Of a stretch of DNA of 64,000 nucleotides, positions 28,712-39,614 are shown piece after piece; the stretch's first letter is position 1, and each line of letters begins with the position of its first letter. The stretch is from an uncultured Acetobacteraceae bacterium (GTDB taxonomy: Bacteria; Pseudomonadota; Alphaproteobacteria; Acetobacterales; Acetobacteraceae): positions 8,218 to 72,217 of the forward strand of contig CAYWOW010000001.1 in assembly GCA_964459005.1 (NCBI GenBank). Direction: 5' to 3'. The notes below the pieces were generated by a model that made no database searches, was not told the DNA's origin, and worked only from the letters and a program-made list of their open reading frames with translations. Position numbers and translations under genes: made by a program.

Positions 28712-29904
28712 CGCATCGCCGCCTGTAGCGCCGCGAGGCACGCGGCAGCGTCGGCGACGCAGCCGCCGGCCAGCCACCATTCCCGCGTTTGTCGCAGCAA
28801 TTGTCCCATCGGCGGACCCGGCGCGATGCCGGCGGCGCGCAAATCGCGGCCGTGGAGGGGAAACACCGGCCGCGGCAACGCCGCCAGCCGCTGGCGCAAC
28901 GCGGCGCCGCGTCCGGCCAGCCAGGCCCGCCCGATCAGGATGTCGGCCGGCGTGTCCGCCAGTGCCCGGCGCAGCGCGGCGTCGTCGGCGTCGTCGGCGG
29001 GAACCTCGCCGCTGCGCAACGCCACCAGCCCGTTGGCCTCGGCGGTGGAAAAGCGCAGCCGGGCCGCCAGCGCCGCGGCGTCGCCGTCCAGCAGCGCCGC
29101 CAGCCGTAGCAGCGGATCGGCCGGCGCGCCGGCGGCGACCAGCGCCGCCAGTCCGGCCGGTGATGTCCCTTCCGGCAGGATCGCCGCCAGCACGCCGGTT
29201 ACCCCCATCAACGCCACCGCCCCGGCCGGATCCGGCAGCGAAAGAATCCGTTTGAGTTCGCTCCACACCCGCTCGGCCGACAGCCGGGCCAGTCCCGGAA
29301 CGCCGGCGCCAATCGCCGCCAGCGCCGCCGCGTCGGGTTCGCCCCGGCCGTAGCGCGCCTGGAAACGGAAAAACCGCAGGATGCGAAGATAATCCTCGGC
29401 GATCCGCGTCGCCGGGTCGCCGACGAAGCGGACCAGCCCGGCGCGCAGGTCGGCGGCGCCGCCGAAATAATCGTAGACCGCGCCGTCCGCCGTCATCGAC
29501 ATGGCGTTGATGGAAAAATCGCGCCGGGCCGCGTCGGCGCGCCAGTCGTCGGTGTAGTCCACCACGGCGTGCCGCCCGTCGGTTTCGACGTCGCGGCGCA
29601 GCGTGGTCACCTCGAAGCCGCGATGCCCGGCGACCGCGGTGACGGTGCCATGGTCCAGTCCGGTCGGCACCGCCTTGAGCCCGGCCTCGCGCAGCCGGCG
29701 GATCACTTCCTCGGGCCGCATTCCGGTGGCGAGATCGACATCGGTCACGCGGTGCCCGGCCAGGGCGTCGCGCACCGCGCCGCCGACCACGCGGGCGCCG
29801 GGCAATGCCGCCAGCACGGCGAGCAGGCCCGGTTCGGCGAAGAAAGCGGGTGGCGCGACACGCAGGGCCGGCGGCTCGCCCGGGCCGGTGCGGTCAGCTT
29901 CCAT
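28708..29904 (-). CDS. cca: CCA tRNA nucleotidyltransferase
   Basis: VVGGAVRDAL, DVDLAT, HGTV, EVTTLRRD, DAARRDFSINAM, RIAEDYLRILRFFRF, LSAERVWSEL. Confidence 0.93.
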   Translation of the reverse strand: MEADRTGPGEPPALRVAPPAFFAEPGLLAVLAALPGARVVGGAVRDALAGHRVTDVDLATGMRPEEVIRRLREAGLKAVPTGLDHGTVTAVAGHRGFEVTTLRRDVETDGRHAVVDYTDDWRADAARRDFSINAMSMTADGAVYDYFGGAADLRAGLVRFVGDPATRIAEDYLRILRFFRFQARYGRGEPDAAALAAIGAGVPGLARLSAERVWSELKRILSLPDPAGAVALMGVTGVLAAILPEGTSPAGLAALVAAGAPADPLLRLAALLDGDAAALAARLRFSTAEANGLVALRSGEVPADDADDAALRRALADTPADILIGRAWLAGRGAALRQRLAALPRPVFPLHGRDLRAAGIAPGPPMGQLLRQTREWWLAGGCVADAAACLAALQAAMR

Positions 29905-30127
29905 GTCCCGACACGATCTTGCCGTCGTGCAGTTGCGCCGGCACATAGGGGGTGCCCGCGGGCAGGCTGCGCTCCATGCCGTACCAGATGATCGTCGCTC
30001 CCAGCACGCCCACCACCACCGCCGTCGCCCAGATCAGTCCCGTGGTGGCGCGCGCGCCGAGGACCCGCCACGCCCCGTAGAGGACGAAGGGAACCAGGAA
30101 CAGGCCGATCTCGGCGAAACGAAGCAT
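29894..30127 (-). CDS. Small membrane protein (DUF6111-like)
   Basis: MLRFAEIGLFLVPFVLY with two hydrophobic segments and C-terminal YVPAQLHDGKIVSG. Lies between Nudix and cca, as in the conserved alphaproteobacterial locus. Confidence 0.75.
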   Translation of the reverse strand: MLRFAEIGLFLVPFVLYGAWRVLGARATTGLIWATAVVVGVLGATIIWYGMERSLPAGTPYVPAQLHDGKIVSGHGS

Positions 30128-30783
30128 CACTCCCCGCGCAACACGGCGGCCAGGTGCACCAGAATAGCCGCGGTCGCTCCCCAAATGTAATGCTCTGAAT
30201 GCGGCCACACCCAGAAGTCGCGCCAGCGGCCGCGCCACTCCACCCGCTGCCGGCGCGGTGCCGCCGGATCGAGCAGGACGGCCATCGGCAACACGAACAC
30301 CGCCTCCACCTCGTCGGGCGAGGGCACCAGGTCCAGCCGGTCCAGCCCCACCCCCACCGGCAGCAGGCCGACCACCGGGGTGATGCAGAAGCCGGTGCCG
30401 GTGACGTAGTCGCCAAGCCGGCCGAGCAGTTCCACCCGCGCGGGGTCGAGCCCGATCTCCTCCTGAGCCTCGCGCAGCGCGGCCGCCTCGGGGCTGCGGT
30501 CGGTAGCGTCGATCCGCCCGCCCGGGAAGCTCACCTGGCCGGCGTGCATGCTCAGCTGGGCGTTGCGCTTGGTCAACAGCACGCCGGAGACCGGACCGAG
30601 CAGGAATGGCACCAGCACGGCGGCCCGCACCAGCGCGCCGTCAACCAGCCCCACGGCGTCGTCCGACCCGGCCGGCGCGGCGATGGCGGGCGGCAGCGGC
30701 GCGTCCTCGGCGGCACGGATGGCGGGCAGCGGCCGTGTTGCGTCCCGCGCGGCCAACCGCGCCCGCAACGCCTGGGCGTCCAC
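30127..30783 (-). CDS. CoA pyrophosphatase (Nudix, NudL-like)
   Basis: AAVLVP, LLTKRNAQLSMHAGQVSFPGG, AALREAQEEIGL, IWGATAAIL. Confidence 0.92.
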   Translation of the reverse strand: MDAQALRARLAARDATRPLPAIRAAEDAPLPPAIAAPAGSDDAVGLVDGALVRAAVLVPFLLGPVSGVLLTKRNAQLSMHAGQVSFPGGRIDATDRSPEAAALREAQEEIGLDPARVELLGRLGDYVTGTGFCITPVVGLLPVGVGLDRLDLVPSPDEVEAVFVLPMAVLLDPAAPRRQRVEWRGRWRDFWVWPHSEHYIWGATAAILVHLAAVLRGE

Positions 30784-30786
30784 GCG

Positions 30787-31407
30787 CTAGCTGTCCTCGC
30801 AACGCGGCAGTTCGCCGAGCGAATAGAAGCAGCGGCAGCTCCATACCCCGAGCACGCACCGCCCGTTCAGCTCGCCCGGCTCGGCCAGGGCCACCAGCTC
30901 GTAATAGACGGCCCGCGAGATGCGCGCCTCGATGTTCAGGCGCCCGGCGCCGCGCCGCACCAGCAGATAGGGGGTCGGCTCGCAGGTCAGCAGATCGTGG
31001 GCGATCCGGATCGGGTGGTCCGGCCCGGCGGTGACAAGTTCGTCAACATTGGTGCGGAAAGTCAGCACCTGGTCACGCCCGCAGCCCGTCCAGTCCAGTT
31101 CGACCGCCAGGAAGGGGGCGTCCTCCACCGCGATACGGCCGCGTTCCACCGGGGTTTCCAGCCAGAAGTCGCCCTCATCGTCGCGTTTCAGCACCGAGGC
31201 GAACAGGCAGACCAGTTCCTTCCTGTCGATCGGGCTGCCGCGATACATCCAGGTACCGTCACGGCGGATGACGAAAGGCAGGTCGCCGCACTCGATCGGG
31301 CGGCGTGCCGCGGCGGGTGCACGGACGTCGTCCGCCGGGCTGGCGGCGCCGGGCCGGTCACCCGCGACGGCGGTGTCTCCTGCTATGCTGCGCGCGGCGT
31401 CACTCAC
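30787..31407 (-). CDS. DUF1285 family protein
   Basis: IRRDGTWMYRGSPI, LVCLFASVLK, LETPVE, VEDAPFLAV, FRTNVDE, EARISRAVYYELV. Confidence 0.85.
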   Translation of the reverse strand: MSDAARSIAGDTAVAGDRPGAASPADDVRAPAAARRPIECGDLPFVIRRDGTWMYRGSPIDRKELVCLFASVLKRDDEGDFWLETPVERGRIAVEDAPFLAVELDWTGCGRDQVLTFRTNVDELVTAGPDHPIRIAHDLLTCEPTPYLLVRRGAGRLNIEARISRAVYYELVALAEPGELNGRCVLGVWSCRCFYSLGELPRCEDS

Positions 31408-31513
31408 CGATGCCTCTCCGACATTTCATCCGGCCCGGCCGATTCGTCCTGCGATATAGGGATCATCCCCCCGCCGGTGAAAGTGGCACACTGCGCGAGA
31501 ACACCAATCTAGG

Positions 31514-32586
<1,073 letters not shown>

Positions 32587-32590
<4 letters not shown>

Positions 32591-33492
32591 GCGGCGCCGC
32601 GCCCGCCCCCCACTTCCAGGCCCGCCGTGCCGAGGCGCTCGCCGACCGCCTGCCGCCGCTGCTGGTGGCGGCGGAGCGGGTGGCGTCGACCGTGGCGCAG
32701 GGGGTGCACGGCCGCCGCCGGGTCGGTCAGGGCGACAGTTTCTGGCAGTTCCGTCCCTTCCTGGCCGGCGACCCGGCGAGCCGGATCGACTGGCGGCAAT
32801 CCGCCCGCTCCGACCGCGCCTATATCCGCGAAACCGAGTGGGAAGCGGCGCAGACCGTCGTGCTATGGCGCGACGGCGCGCCCGGCATGCGGTGGCGGTC
32901 GCGCCAGGCCACCACCACCAAGATCGAGCGGGCCGGCTTGCTCGCGTTGGCGCTGGCCGCGCTGCTGCTGCGCGGCGGCGAGCGGGTGAGCCTGCTGGCG
33001 CCGACGTCGCGCCACGCCTTTGGGCGGGCCGGGCTGGAGCGGCTGGCCGCCGAGCTGGAACGCCTGCCCGAAGGCGACGGCCTGCCGCCGGAGGTGAAGC
33101 TGCCCCGGCATGCGCGGGTGGTGCTGATCGGCGACCTGCTCAGCCCGCTGGCGGCCATCCAGGCGGCGATCGGGCGTCTGGCCGCGGTGCCAGTGACCGG
33201 GCACCTGGTGCAGGTGCTCGATCCCGCCGAGGCGCTGCTGCCCTATAGCGGGCGGGTGCGTTTCGAGGGCGTGCGGCACGGCCCGCAGACCCTGATTCCC
33301 CGCGTCGAGGGGATCCGCGAAGCCTATGTGAAGCGGCTGGCCGCGCAGCAGGCCGGGCTGGCGGCGATTTGCGCCGCCGCCGGATTCGGCTTCTCCATCC
33401 ATCGCACCGACAATTCGCCGGAGGCCGCGCTGCTGGCGCTCTATACCGCGCTGGCCCCGCAGGCCGGCGTGCGCGCGGCGGGGGGACGGTGA
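32587..33492 (+). CDS. DUF58 family protein
   Basis: GVHGRRRVGQGDSFWQFRPF..GDPASRIDWRQSAR and YIRETEWE. ATGA overlap with moxR. Confidence 0.9.
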
Positions 33493-36158
33493 TCTTCGCC
33501 GCCCCCTGGGTGTTGCTCGCGCTGCCGGCGCTGCCGCTGCTGTGGTGGCTGCTGCGGGTCACCCCGCCGTCGCCGCGCCGCGAGATTTTCCCGGCGGTTC
33601 GCATGCTGATGGGGCTGACCGCAACGGCCGAGACGCCGGCGCGCACGCCCTGGTGGCTGCTGCTGCTGCGCATGATCGCGGCCGGGCTGGTGATTGTCGG
33701 ACTGGCTCGCCCGGTGCTGGACGCCGGCGGCAGCCTGCCCGGCGGTGGTCCCCTGTTGCTGGTGGTCGATGACGGCTGGGCCGCCGCCGTGGACTGGCCA
33801 CGGCGCATGACCGCGGCCGAAGCCGTGCTCGACCGTGCGGATCGCGCGGGCCGCCAGGTTGGCCTGCTCGCCACCGCGCCGGACGAGACCGCGGCCGCGC
33901 CGGCGGCCACGCCCGTCATGCCGGTGTCCGAGGCGCGCACCCGCCTGGCCGCGCTGCGCCCGAAACCCTGGCCGGTCGACCGCGCCGCCGCGGCGGCCGC
34001 ATTGCGGGACTGGGCGGGCAGGGGGGGCGTGCTGTACCTCGCCGACGGCACCACCGGCGGCGCGGGCTGGGATGGTTTCGCCGCCGCCCTCGCCGCGGTC
34101 GGGCCGGTGGAGGTGCTGCGCGACGCGGTCGCGCCGGCCCGCCTGTTGCTGGCCCCGCGCGCCGAGGCCGACCGGCTGGTGGCCCGCGTTGCCCAGGTGC
34201 CGCGCGGCCTGCCCGGCGAGGCCACGGTGCTGGCGCAGACCGGCGACGGGCGGACGCTGGCACGCGCGCTGGTCAGCTTCGCCCCGGATGCCGCCGAGGC
34301 GGAGGCGCCGATCGTGCTGCCGCCCGAGTTGCGCAACCGCCTGGGCCGGCTGGTGCTGGAGGGCCAGTCCTCGGCCGGTGCGGTCGTCCTGCTGGACGAG
34401 CGCTGGCGCCGCCGACCCGTCGGGCTGCTCGCCGGCGATCCCACCACCGCCGCGACGCCGCTGACCGGCGAACTCTATTACCTGCAACGCGCGCTGGCGC
34501 CCACCACCGAGGTCCGCCAGGGCACGCTGGCGCAGTTGCTGTCGCGCGACCTGTCGGTGCTGATCCTGGCCGACTATGTCGCCGACGGCCCGGATGCCGA
34601 CGCGCTGGCGAGATGGGTCGAGCGGGGCGGCCTGCTGGTGCGGTTCGCCGGCCCGCGCCTGGCCGAGCATCCCGATACGCTGCTGCCGGTGAAGCTGCTG
34701 GCCGGCGACCGCCAGTTGGGCGGGACGATGTCGTGGAGCCAGCCCGCCGGGCTCGCCGCGTTCGCGGCCAACTCGCCGTTCGCCGGGCTCGCCGTGCCGG
34801 ACGAGGTCAAGGTGACCCGGCAGGTGCTGGCCGAGCCGGGCGCCCACCTGACGGACGCCACCTGGGCGCGGCTGGCCGACGACACGCCGCTGGTGACCCA
34901 GGCCCCGCGCGGGGCGGGCAGGATCGTGCTGTTCCACGTCACCGCCAATGCCGACTGGTCGGACCTGCCGCTCTCCGGCCTGTTCGTCACCATGCTGCGC
35001 CGCCTGGTGGATTTATCGGTTGGGGTGGCCACCGACCAGGCCGTGGACGGCCCGCCGCTGGCGCCGGCCGAGACGCTGGACGGGTTCGGCCAGCTCGCCA
35101 CGCCGCCGCCCGCCGCGGCCGCCATCCCGGCCCGCGATCTGGCCGAGGCCCTGGTTTCACCGCGTCACCCGCCGGGGCTGTACGGGCCGGAGAACGGACG
35201 ACGGGCGCTTAACCTGTCCAACCGCATGGCGCTGCCCGTGGCGGCGCCGGCCATTCCGGGAGGGCGCGAGATGCCGATCGGTGGCGTCGCCCCGGAGCGC
35301 GCGCTGGCGACGCCGCTGATCGCCCTCGCCCTGGCGTTGCTGGTGATCGACCTGCTGGTGTCGCTGCGCCTGCGCGGCCTGCTGCGCGCCGCCACCGTCG
35401 TGCTGGCGCTGTTCGTGGTCGCGCCCCCGGCCCAGGCGCAGACGCCGCCGGAGCCCAACCCGGCGCTGGCCACGAGGCTGGCCTATATCGTCACCGGCGA
35501 CGCCCAGGTCGACGAGGTGTCGCGCAGCGGGCTGGCCGGGCTGTCGGACTACGTGAACCAGCGCACCGCGGCCAACCTCGCCATCCCGGCCGCGGTGATG
35601 CCGGGCCAGGACGATCTGTCCTTTTATCCGCTGTTGTACTGGCCGATCACCGGCGATGCGGGCGCGCCGGCGGCAACCGCGGTGGCGGCGCTGAATGCCT
35701 ACATGGCCAATGGCGGCATCATCGTGATCGACACCAGCGGCGGTGGGGGCAGCGGCGAGGGCTTCAATCCCGGCGCGGGCGCCGCGCTGGAGCGGGTCGC
35801 CCACGGGCTCGCGGTGCCGCCGCTGGCGCCGCTGACGTCCGCCCATGTGCTGGCGCACGCTTTTTATCTTCTGCAGGATTTCCCGGGCCGGTTCGCCGGC
35901 GACACGGTGTGGGTGCAGCGCGACCAGGATCGCAGCAACGATAGCGTCAGCCCCGTCATCATCGGCAGCCATGGCTGGGCGGCGGCCTGGGCGGTCGACG
36001 GGTCCGGCCGCCCCGCCTACGCGGTGATGCCCGGCGGCGACCGGCAGCGCACGCTGGCCTACCGGTTCGGGGTCAATCTCGTGATGTACGCGCTGACCGG
36101 CAACTACAAGGGCGACCAGGTGCACGTGCCCGCGCTGCTCGAAAGACTGGGTCAGTGA
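33489..36158 (+). CDS. BatA N-terminal and DUF4159 domain membrane protein
   Basis: GTG start overlaps the DUF58 stop. N-terminal FAAPWVLLALPALP...TPWWLLLLR; vWA-like VVDDGW; C-terminal LSFYPLLYWP...AYRFGVNLVMYALTGNYKGDQVH. Confidence 0.85.
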   Translation: MIFAAPWVLLALPALPLLWWLLRVTPPSPRREIFPAVRMLMGLTATAETPARTPWWLLLLRMIAAGLVIVGLARPVLDAGGSLPGGGPLLLVVDDGWAAAVDWPRRMTAAEAVLDRADRAGRQVGLLATAPDETAAAPAATPVMPVSEARTRLAALRPKPWPVDRAAAAAALRDWAGRGGVLYLADGTTGGAGWDGFAAALAAVGPVEVLRDAVAPARLLLAPRAEADRLVARVAQVPRGLPGEATVLAQTGDGRTLARALVSFAPDAAEAEAPIVLPPELRNRLGRLVLEGQSSAGAVVLLDERWRRRPVGLLAGDPTTAATPLTGELYYLQRALAPTTEVRQGTLAQLLSRDLSVLILADYVADGPDADALARWVERGGLLVRFAGPRLAEHPDTLLPVKLLAGDRQLGGTMSWSQPAGLAAFAANSPFAGLAVPDEVKVTRQVLAEPGAHLTDATWARLADDTPLVTQAPRGAGRIVLFHVTANADWSDLPLSGLFVTMLRRLVDLSVGVATDQAVDGPPLAPAETLDGFGQLATPPPAAAAIPARDLAEALVSPRHPPGLYGPENGRRALNLSNRMALPVAAPAIPGGREMPIGGVAPERALATPLIALALALLVIDLLVSLRLRGLLRAATVVLALFVVAPPAQAQTPPEPNPALATRLAYIVTGDAQVDEVSRSGLAGLSDYVNQRTAANLAIPAAVMPGQDDLSFYPLLYWPITGDAGAPAATAVAALNAYMANGGIIVIDTSGGGGSGEGFNPGAGAALERVAHGLAVPPLAPLTSAHVLAHAFYLLQDFPGRFAGDTVWVQRDQDRSNDSVSPVIIGSHGWAAAWAVDGSGRPAYAVMPGGDRQRTLAYRFGVNLVMYALTGNYKGDQVHVPALLERLGQ

Positions 36159-36172
36159 AGGGCGCCTGACCG

Positions 36173-38263
36173 ATGCACATGGAACAGGCCATCGCCGCGC
36201 TGCGCTTCGACGCCGCCCTTCCGGCATGGCTGTTCGCGGCGCTCGCGGGGGTGTGCGTGCTGTCCCTCGCGCTGGCGCTGTGGCGGCGCGCGCGCGGCAC
36301 GATCTGGCGCGCCTTCGCCTTCGCCGTCCTGTTGCTGTGGCTCGCCGGCCCCCGGCTGGTCGAGGAAACCCGGGAGACCCTGCCCGATATCGGACTGCTG
36401 GTGGTTGACCAGACCGCCAGCATGGCGGTGGGAAACCGCACCGAACTGGCCGAGGCCGCGCGCGCCCGCGTCGAGCAGCAGGCCCGCGCGCTGCCGGACC
36501 TGGAACTGCGGACGGTCACCGTGCCGGAGTCCGGCTCCGAGGGCACCCGCCTGTTCGCCGCCATCGACCGCGCCCTGGCGGACATTCCGCGCGCGCGGCT
36601 GGCGGGCGTGGTGGCGATCACCGACGGGCAGGTGCACGACATCCCGCCCGGCAATCCGTTCGGCGGCACGCCGCTGCACGTGCTGATCCCGGCCCGCGGC
36701 GAACAGACCGACCGGCGCATCCGCATTGTCGAGGCGCCGGGCTACGGCATCGTCGGCAAGTCGGTGACCATCCGCATGGCGGTGGAGGACCTGGGCGTGC
36801 CGCGCGCCGGACTGGCAACCGGGCGCGCCGCCCGGCTGACGATCCGTCGCGACGGCGAGCCGCCGCGGGTGGAAAGCGTGCCGCTCGGATTGGAGCACGG
36901 GGTCGAAGTGCCGATCACCCGCGCCGGACCCACGGTGGTGGAAATGACCGCCGACCCGCTCCCCGGAGCGGTTTCCGACCTCAACAACCGCGCCGTGGTG
37001 ACCATCAACGGGGTGCGCGACCGGTTGCGCGTGCTGCTGGTCTCCGGCGAGCCGCACGCCGGCGAGCGCACCTGGCGGCGGTTGCTGAAGGCCGATCCGG
37101 CGGTCGATCTGGTGCACTTCACCATCCTGCGCCCACCCGAAAAGGATGACCTGACGCCGCTGAACGAGCTGGCGTTGATCGCCTTTCCGGTGCGCGAGCT
37201 GTTCCAGGTGAAGATCAAGGAATTCGACCTCATCATCCTGGACCGGTTCCAGAATCGCGGCATCCTGCCGACGCTCTACCTGCGCAACATCGCCGACTAC
37301 GTGCGCGCGGGCGGGGCGCTGCTGCTCAGCGTCGGGCCGGAGTTCGCCGGCCCGGCCAGCCTGGCCCTGAGCCCGCTGGGCACCGTGCTGCCGGCCTGGC
37401 CGGCGGCGACGGGCGCGGTGGTGGAGGGCGCGTTCCGCCCGCTGGTGAGCCCGCTCGGCACGCGCCATCCGGTCACCGCCGGACTGGCGGGATGGCGGGC
37501 GCAGGGCGAGCCGGCATGGGGTTCCTGGTACCGCCGCATCGAGGCCGGCACCCAACAGGGCGATACGCTGCTCAGCGGCCCGCAAGGCGACCCGCTGCTG
37601 CTGCTCGACCATGTCGGCGAGGGGCGGGTGGCGATGCTGCTGTCCGATCAGATCTGGCTGTGGTCGCGCGGCCACCAGGGCGGCGGTCCGCAGGCCGAAC
37701 TGCTGCGCCGGGTGGCGCACTGGCTGATGAAGGAACCCGAACTGGAGGAAAACGCGCTGACCGCGCGCGCCGAGCACGGCAGGCTCGCGGTCGAGCGCCG
37801 CAGCACCGACGACCGGCCGCCAGCCCCGGTCACGGTTACCGACCCCGACGGCAAGCAGCAGCAACTGGCGCTGACACCGACGCGGCCCGGGCGCGCGGTC
37901 GGGCAGTTGGCGGCCGCTTTGCCGGGCGTGTGGCAGGCGAGCGACGGCGCACACACCGCCTATGCCGCCGCGGGCGCCGCCAATCCGCTGGAGATGGCCG
38001 ACCTGCGCGCCACCGCCACGCTGCTGGCCCCCCTGGTGCGCGCGACCGGCGGTAGCATCCACTGGCTCGATCCGGCGGGGGCGCCCGAATTGCGGCGGAC
38101 CGATCCCGGACTGGAGGCGGCGGGCAGCAGCTGGATCGGACTGCAACGCCGCCACGATCACCTGGTGACCGGCATCGCCGCGACCCCGCTGCTCCCCCCC
38201 TGGCTGGCGTTGCCGCTGATCCTGGGGCTGGCCGTGCTGGCCTGGCGGCGCGAGGGGGCCTGA
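36173..38263 (+). CDS. Membrane protein with vWA-like and glutamine-amidotransferase-like domains (MoxR operon partner)
   Basis: VVDQTASM, AITDGQVHD, LLVSGEPHAGERTWRRLLKADPAVDLVHFTILRPP, WLWSRGHQGGGP, and terminal TM segments. Confidence 0.8.
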   Translation: MHMEQAIAALRFDAALPAWLFAALAGVCVLSLALALWRRARGTIWRAFAFAVLLLWLAGPRLVEETRETLPDIGLLVVDQTASMAVGNRTELAEAARARVEQQARALPDLELRTVTVPESGSEGTRLFAAIDRALADIPRARLAGVVAITDGQVHDIPPGNPFGGTPLHVLIPARGEQTDRRIRIVEAPGYGIVGKSVTIRMAVEDLGVPRAGLATGRAARLTIRRDGEPPRVESVPLGLEHGVEVPITRAGPTVVEMTADPLPGAVSDLNNRAVVTINGVRDRLRVLLVSGEPHAGERTWRRLLKADPAVDLVHFTILRPPEKDDLTPLNELALIAFPVRELFQVKIKEFDLIILDRFQNRGILPTLYLRNIADYVRAGGALLLSVGPEFAGPASLALSPLGTVLPAWPAATGAVVEGAFRPLVSPLGTRHPVTAGLAGWRAQGEPAWGSWYRRIEAGTQQGDTLLSGPQGDPLLLLDHVGEGRVAMLLSDQIWLWSRGHQGGGPQAELLRRVAHWLMKEPELEENALTARAEHGRLAVERRSTDDRPPAPVTVTDPDGKQQQLALTPTRPGRAVGQLAAALPGVWQASDGAHTAYAAAGAANPLEMADLRATATLLAPLVRATGGSIHWLDPAGAPELRRTDPGLEAAGSSWIGLQRRHDHLVTGIAATPLLPPWLALPLILGLAVLAWRREGA

Positions 38264-38397
38264 CCGGCCGCAATCCTTTACGCCGGTGCACCCGGCAGCG
38301 GCCCGGCTGATGGTGCCGTGCCTGGCTTGGGTGGGCGATGCGACCCACTTCCATGCGGGGTCTTTCATCTGAACCCGTCTTGAGCGAGGATGGGCCC

Positions 38398-39021
38398 ATG
38401 ACACATGTCCCTTCCCGCCTCGGCGTGGCGCTGCCAGCCGCTTTGCTGACCGCCGCCTTGCTGGCCCCCCCCGCCGCTCAGGCGCAGGGGATCATGAGCT
38501 CGCCGGGCCAAACGGCGACCCACCCGATGGATACGCCGGCACCCGCCAAGGAGCGGAAGGTGGTGCAGCCGCCCGCCCTGCCGGGGGCCACCAACTCCAG
38601 CGAGCCAGCCAAGCAGGACCGGCCGCCGAGCGACATGCACCCCAACGAGGCGCTGTTCGACGCGATCAATCGCGGCGACATCGTCGTGGCACGCGACGCC
38701 ATCGCCCGTGGCGCCGACCTCCGCGCCACCAACGAGCTTGGGCTGACGCCGACCGAGCTTTCGATCGATCTCAGCCGCAACGACATCACTTTCCTGCTGC
38801 TGTCGCTGCGCGGCTCCTCCGGCAAGGGCGTGCCGCCGGCCAAGGTGGCGTCCACGCCGGCGCCGCCGGCGCACCCGGCCGCCCGGCCCGCACCGTCCGC
38901 TCCGCCGCGGCCCACCCCGGTCGCCACCGTCCCGCGCCCCGTGCCGCAGCAATATGCCGACGTTCCCGCCACTCCGGTGCCGCAAGCCGGCTTCCTCGGT
39001 TTCAGCGGCACCGCGCACTGA
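38398..39021 (+). CDS. Exported hypothetical protein with an ankyrin-like repeat and Pro-rich tail
   Basis: Signal peptide ending AAQA-Q. ALFDAINRGDIVVARDAIARGADLRATNELGLTP, then PAPPAHPAARPAP low complexity. Confidence 0.75.
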   Translation: MTHVPSRLGVALPAALLTAALLAPPAAQAQGIMSSPGQTATHPMDTPAPAKERKVVQPPALPGATNSSEPAKQDRPPSDMHPNEALFDAINRGDIVVARDAIARGADLRATNELGLTPTELSIDLSRNDITFLLLSLRGSSGKGVPPAKVASTPAPPAHPAARPAPSAPPRPTPVATVPRPVPQQYADVPATPVPQAGFLGFSGTAH

Positions 39022-39035
39022 CGGCCGGCCCAATC

Positions 39036-39470
39036 CTACGATGACGCGGGCGCCGGCGCCGGCGTGAGCGGTATGCAATCGGCCAGCGTGTGGCCATCCA
39101 GGCTTTCGTAGAACCGGTTCTGCGCCGCCCCCAGCATGCCGCGCAGACGGCATCCCACAACCAGCGTGCAGGCGCACCCCTCGTCGCGGAAACACTCCAC
39201 CAGCGCCTGGTCCCGTTCCAATGCGCGCACCGCCGTTCCCAGCCGCACCTGCTCCGGCGGCACGGCAAGCAATACGCCGCCGCCCGTCCCCCGCACCGTG
39301 CGCGTTATGCCGAGGCTCGTCAGGTCCTGAACGATCTTGTGCAGGTGATGGCTCGATAACCCACCGAGCGCCGTCGCCAGCGTGTCCACGCTCACCGGCC
39401 GCTCCGCGGGCGCGCGGGCAAGCAGCATCAGGACACGAAGGGCGATGTCGGTGGAGGCGAGCAGGCGCAT
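39036..39470 (-). CDS. nsrR: Rrf2-family Fe-S transcriptional regulator, NsrR-like
   Basis: MRLLASTDIALRVLMLL, RGTGGGVLL, three Cys in VECF-x4-CACTLVVGCRL. Divergent from ric-hcp. Confidence 0.8.
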   Translation of the reverse strand: MRLLASTDIALRVLMLLARAPAERPVSVDTLATALGGLSSHHLHKIVQDLTSLGITRTVRGTGGGVLLAVPPEQVRLGTAVRALERDQALVECFRDEGCACTLVVGCRLRGMLGAAQNRFYESLDGHTLADCIPLTPAPAPASS

Positions 39471-39485
39471 GGGAATACCCCAAAT

Positions 39486-39539
39486 TGGTATTGACAATAC
39501 CACATTGGGGCGAGCATGTAACTGGTATTGCCGATACCA
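39486..39539. promoter_or_regulatory. Two Rrf2/NsrR-type operators, TGGTATTG-A-CAATACCA and TGGTATTG-C-CGATACCA; the first overlaps TTGACA
   Basis: Perfect 8-1-8 palindrome at 39486-39502 and a one-mismatch copy at 39523-39539. TTGACA at 39491-39496. Confidence 0.75.
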
Positions 39540-39614
39540 CTTGCCGGCAATCGCGTCAGCCCGCCGCGCCGCGAAGGGCATCGCCCGCCGTCCAGCCGGG
39601 CAGGAGGTTGTTTC

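Noticed and set aside
31484-31498. TGGCAC upstream of moxR as a sigma54 promoter
   Set aside because: The -12 element reads GCGA instead of TTGC at the required spacing.
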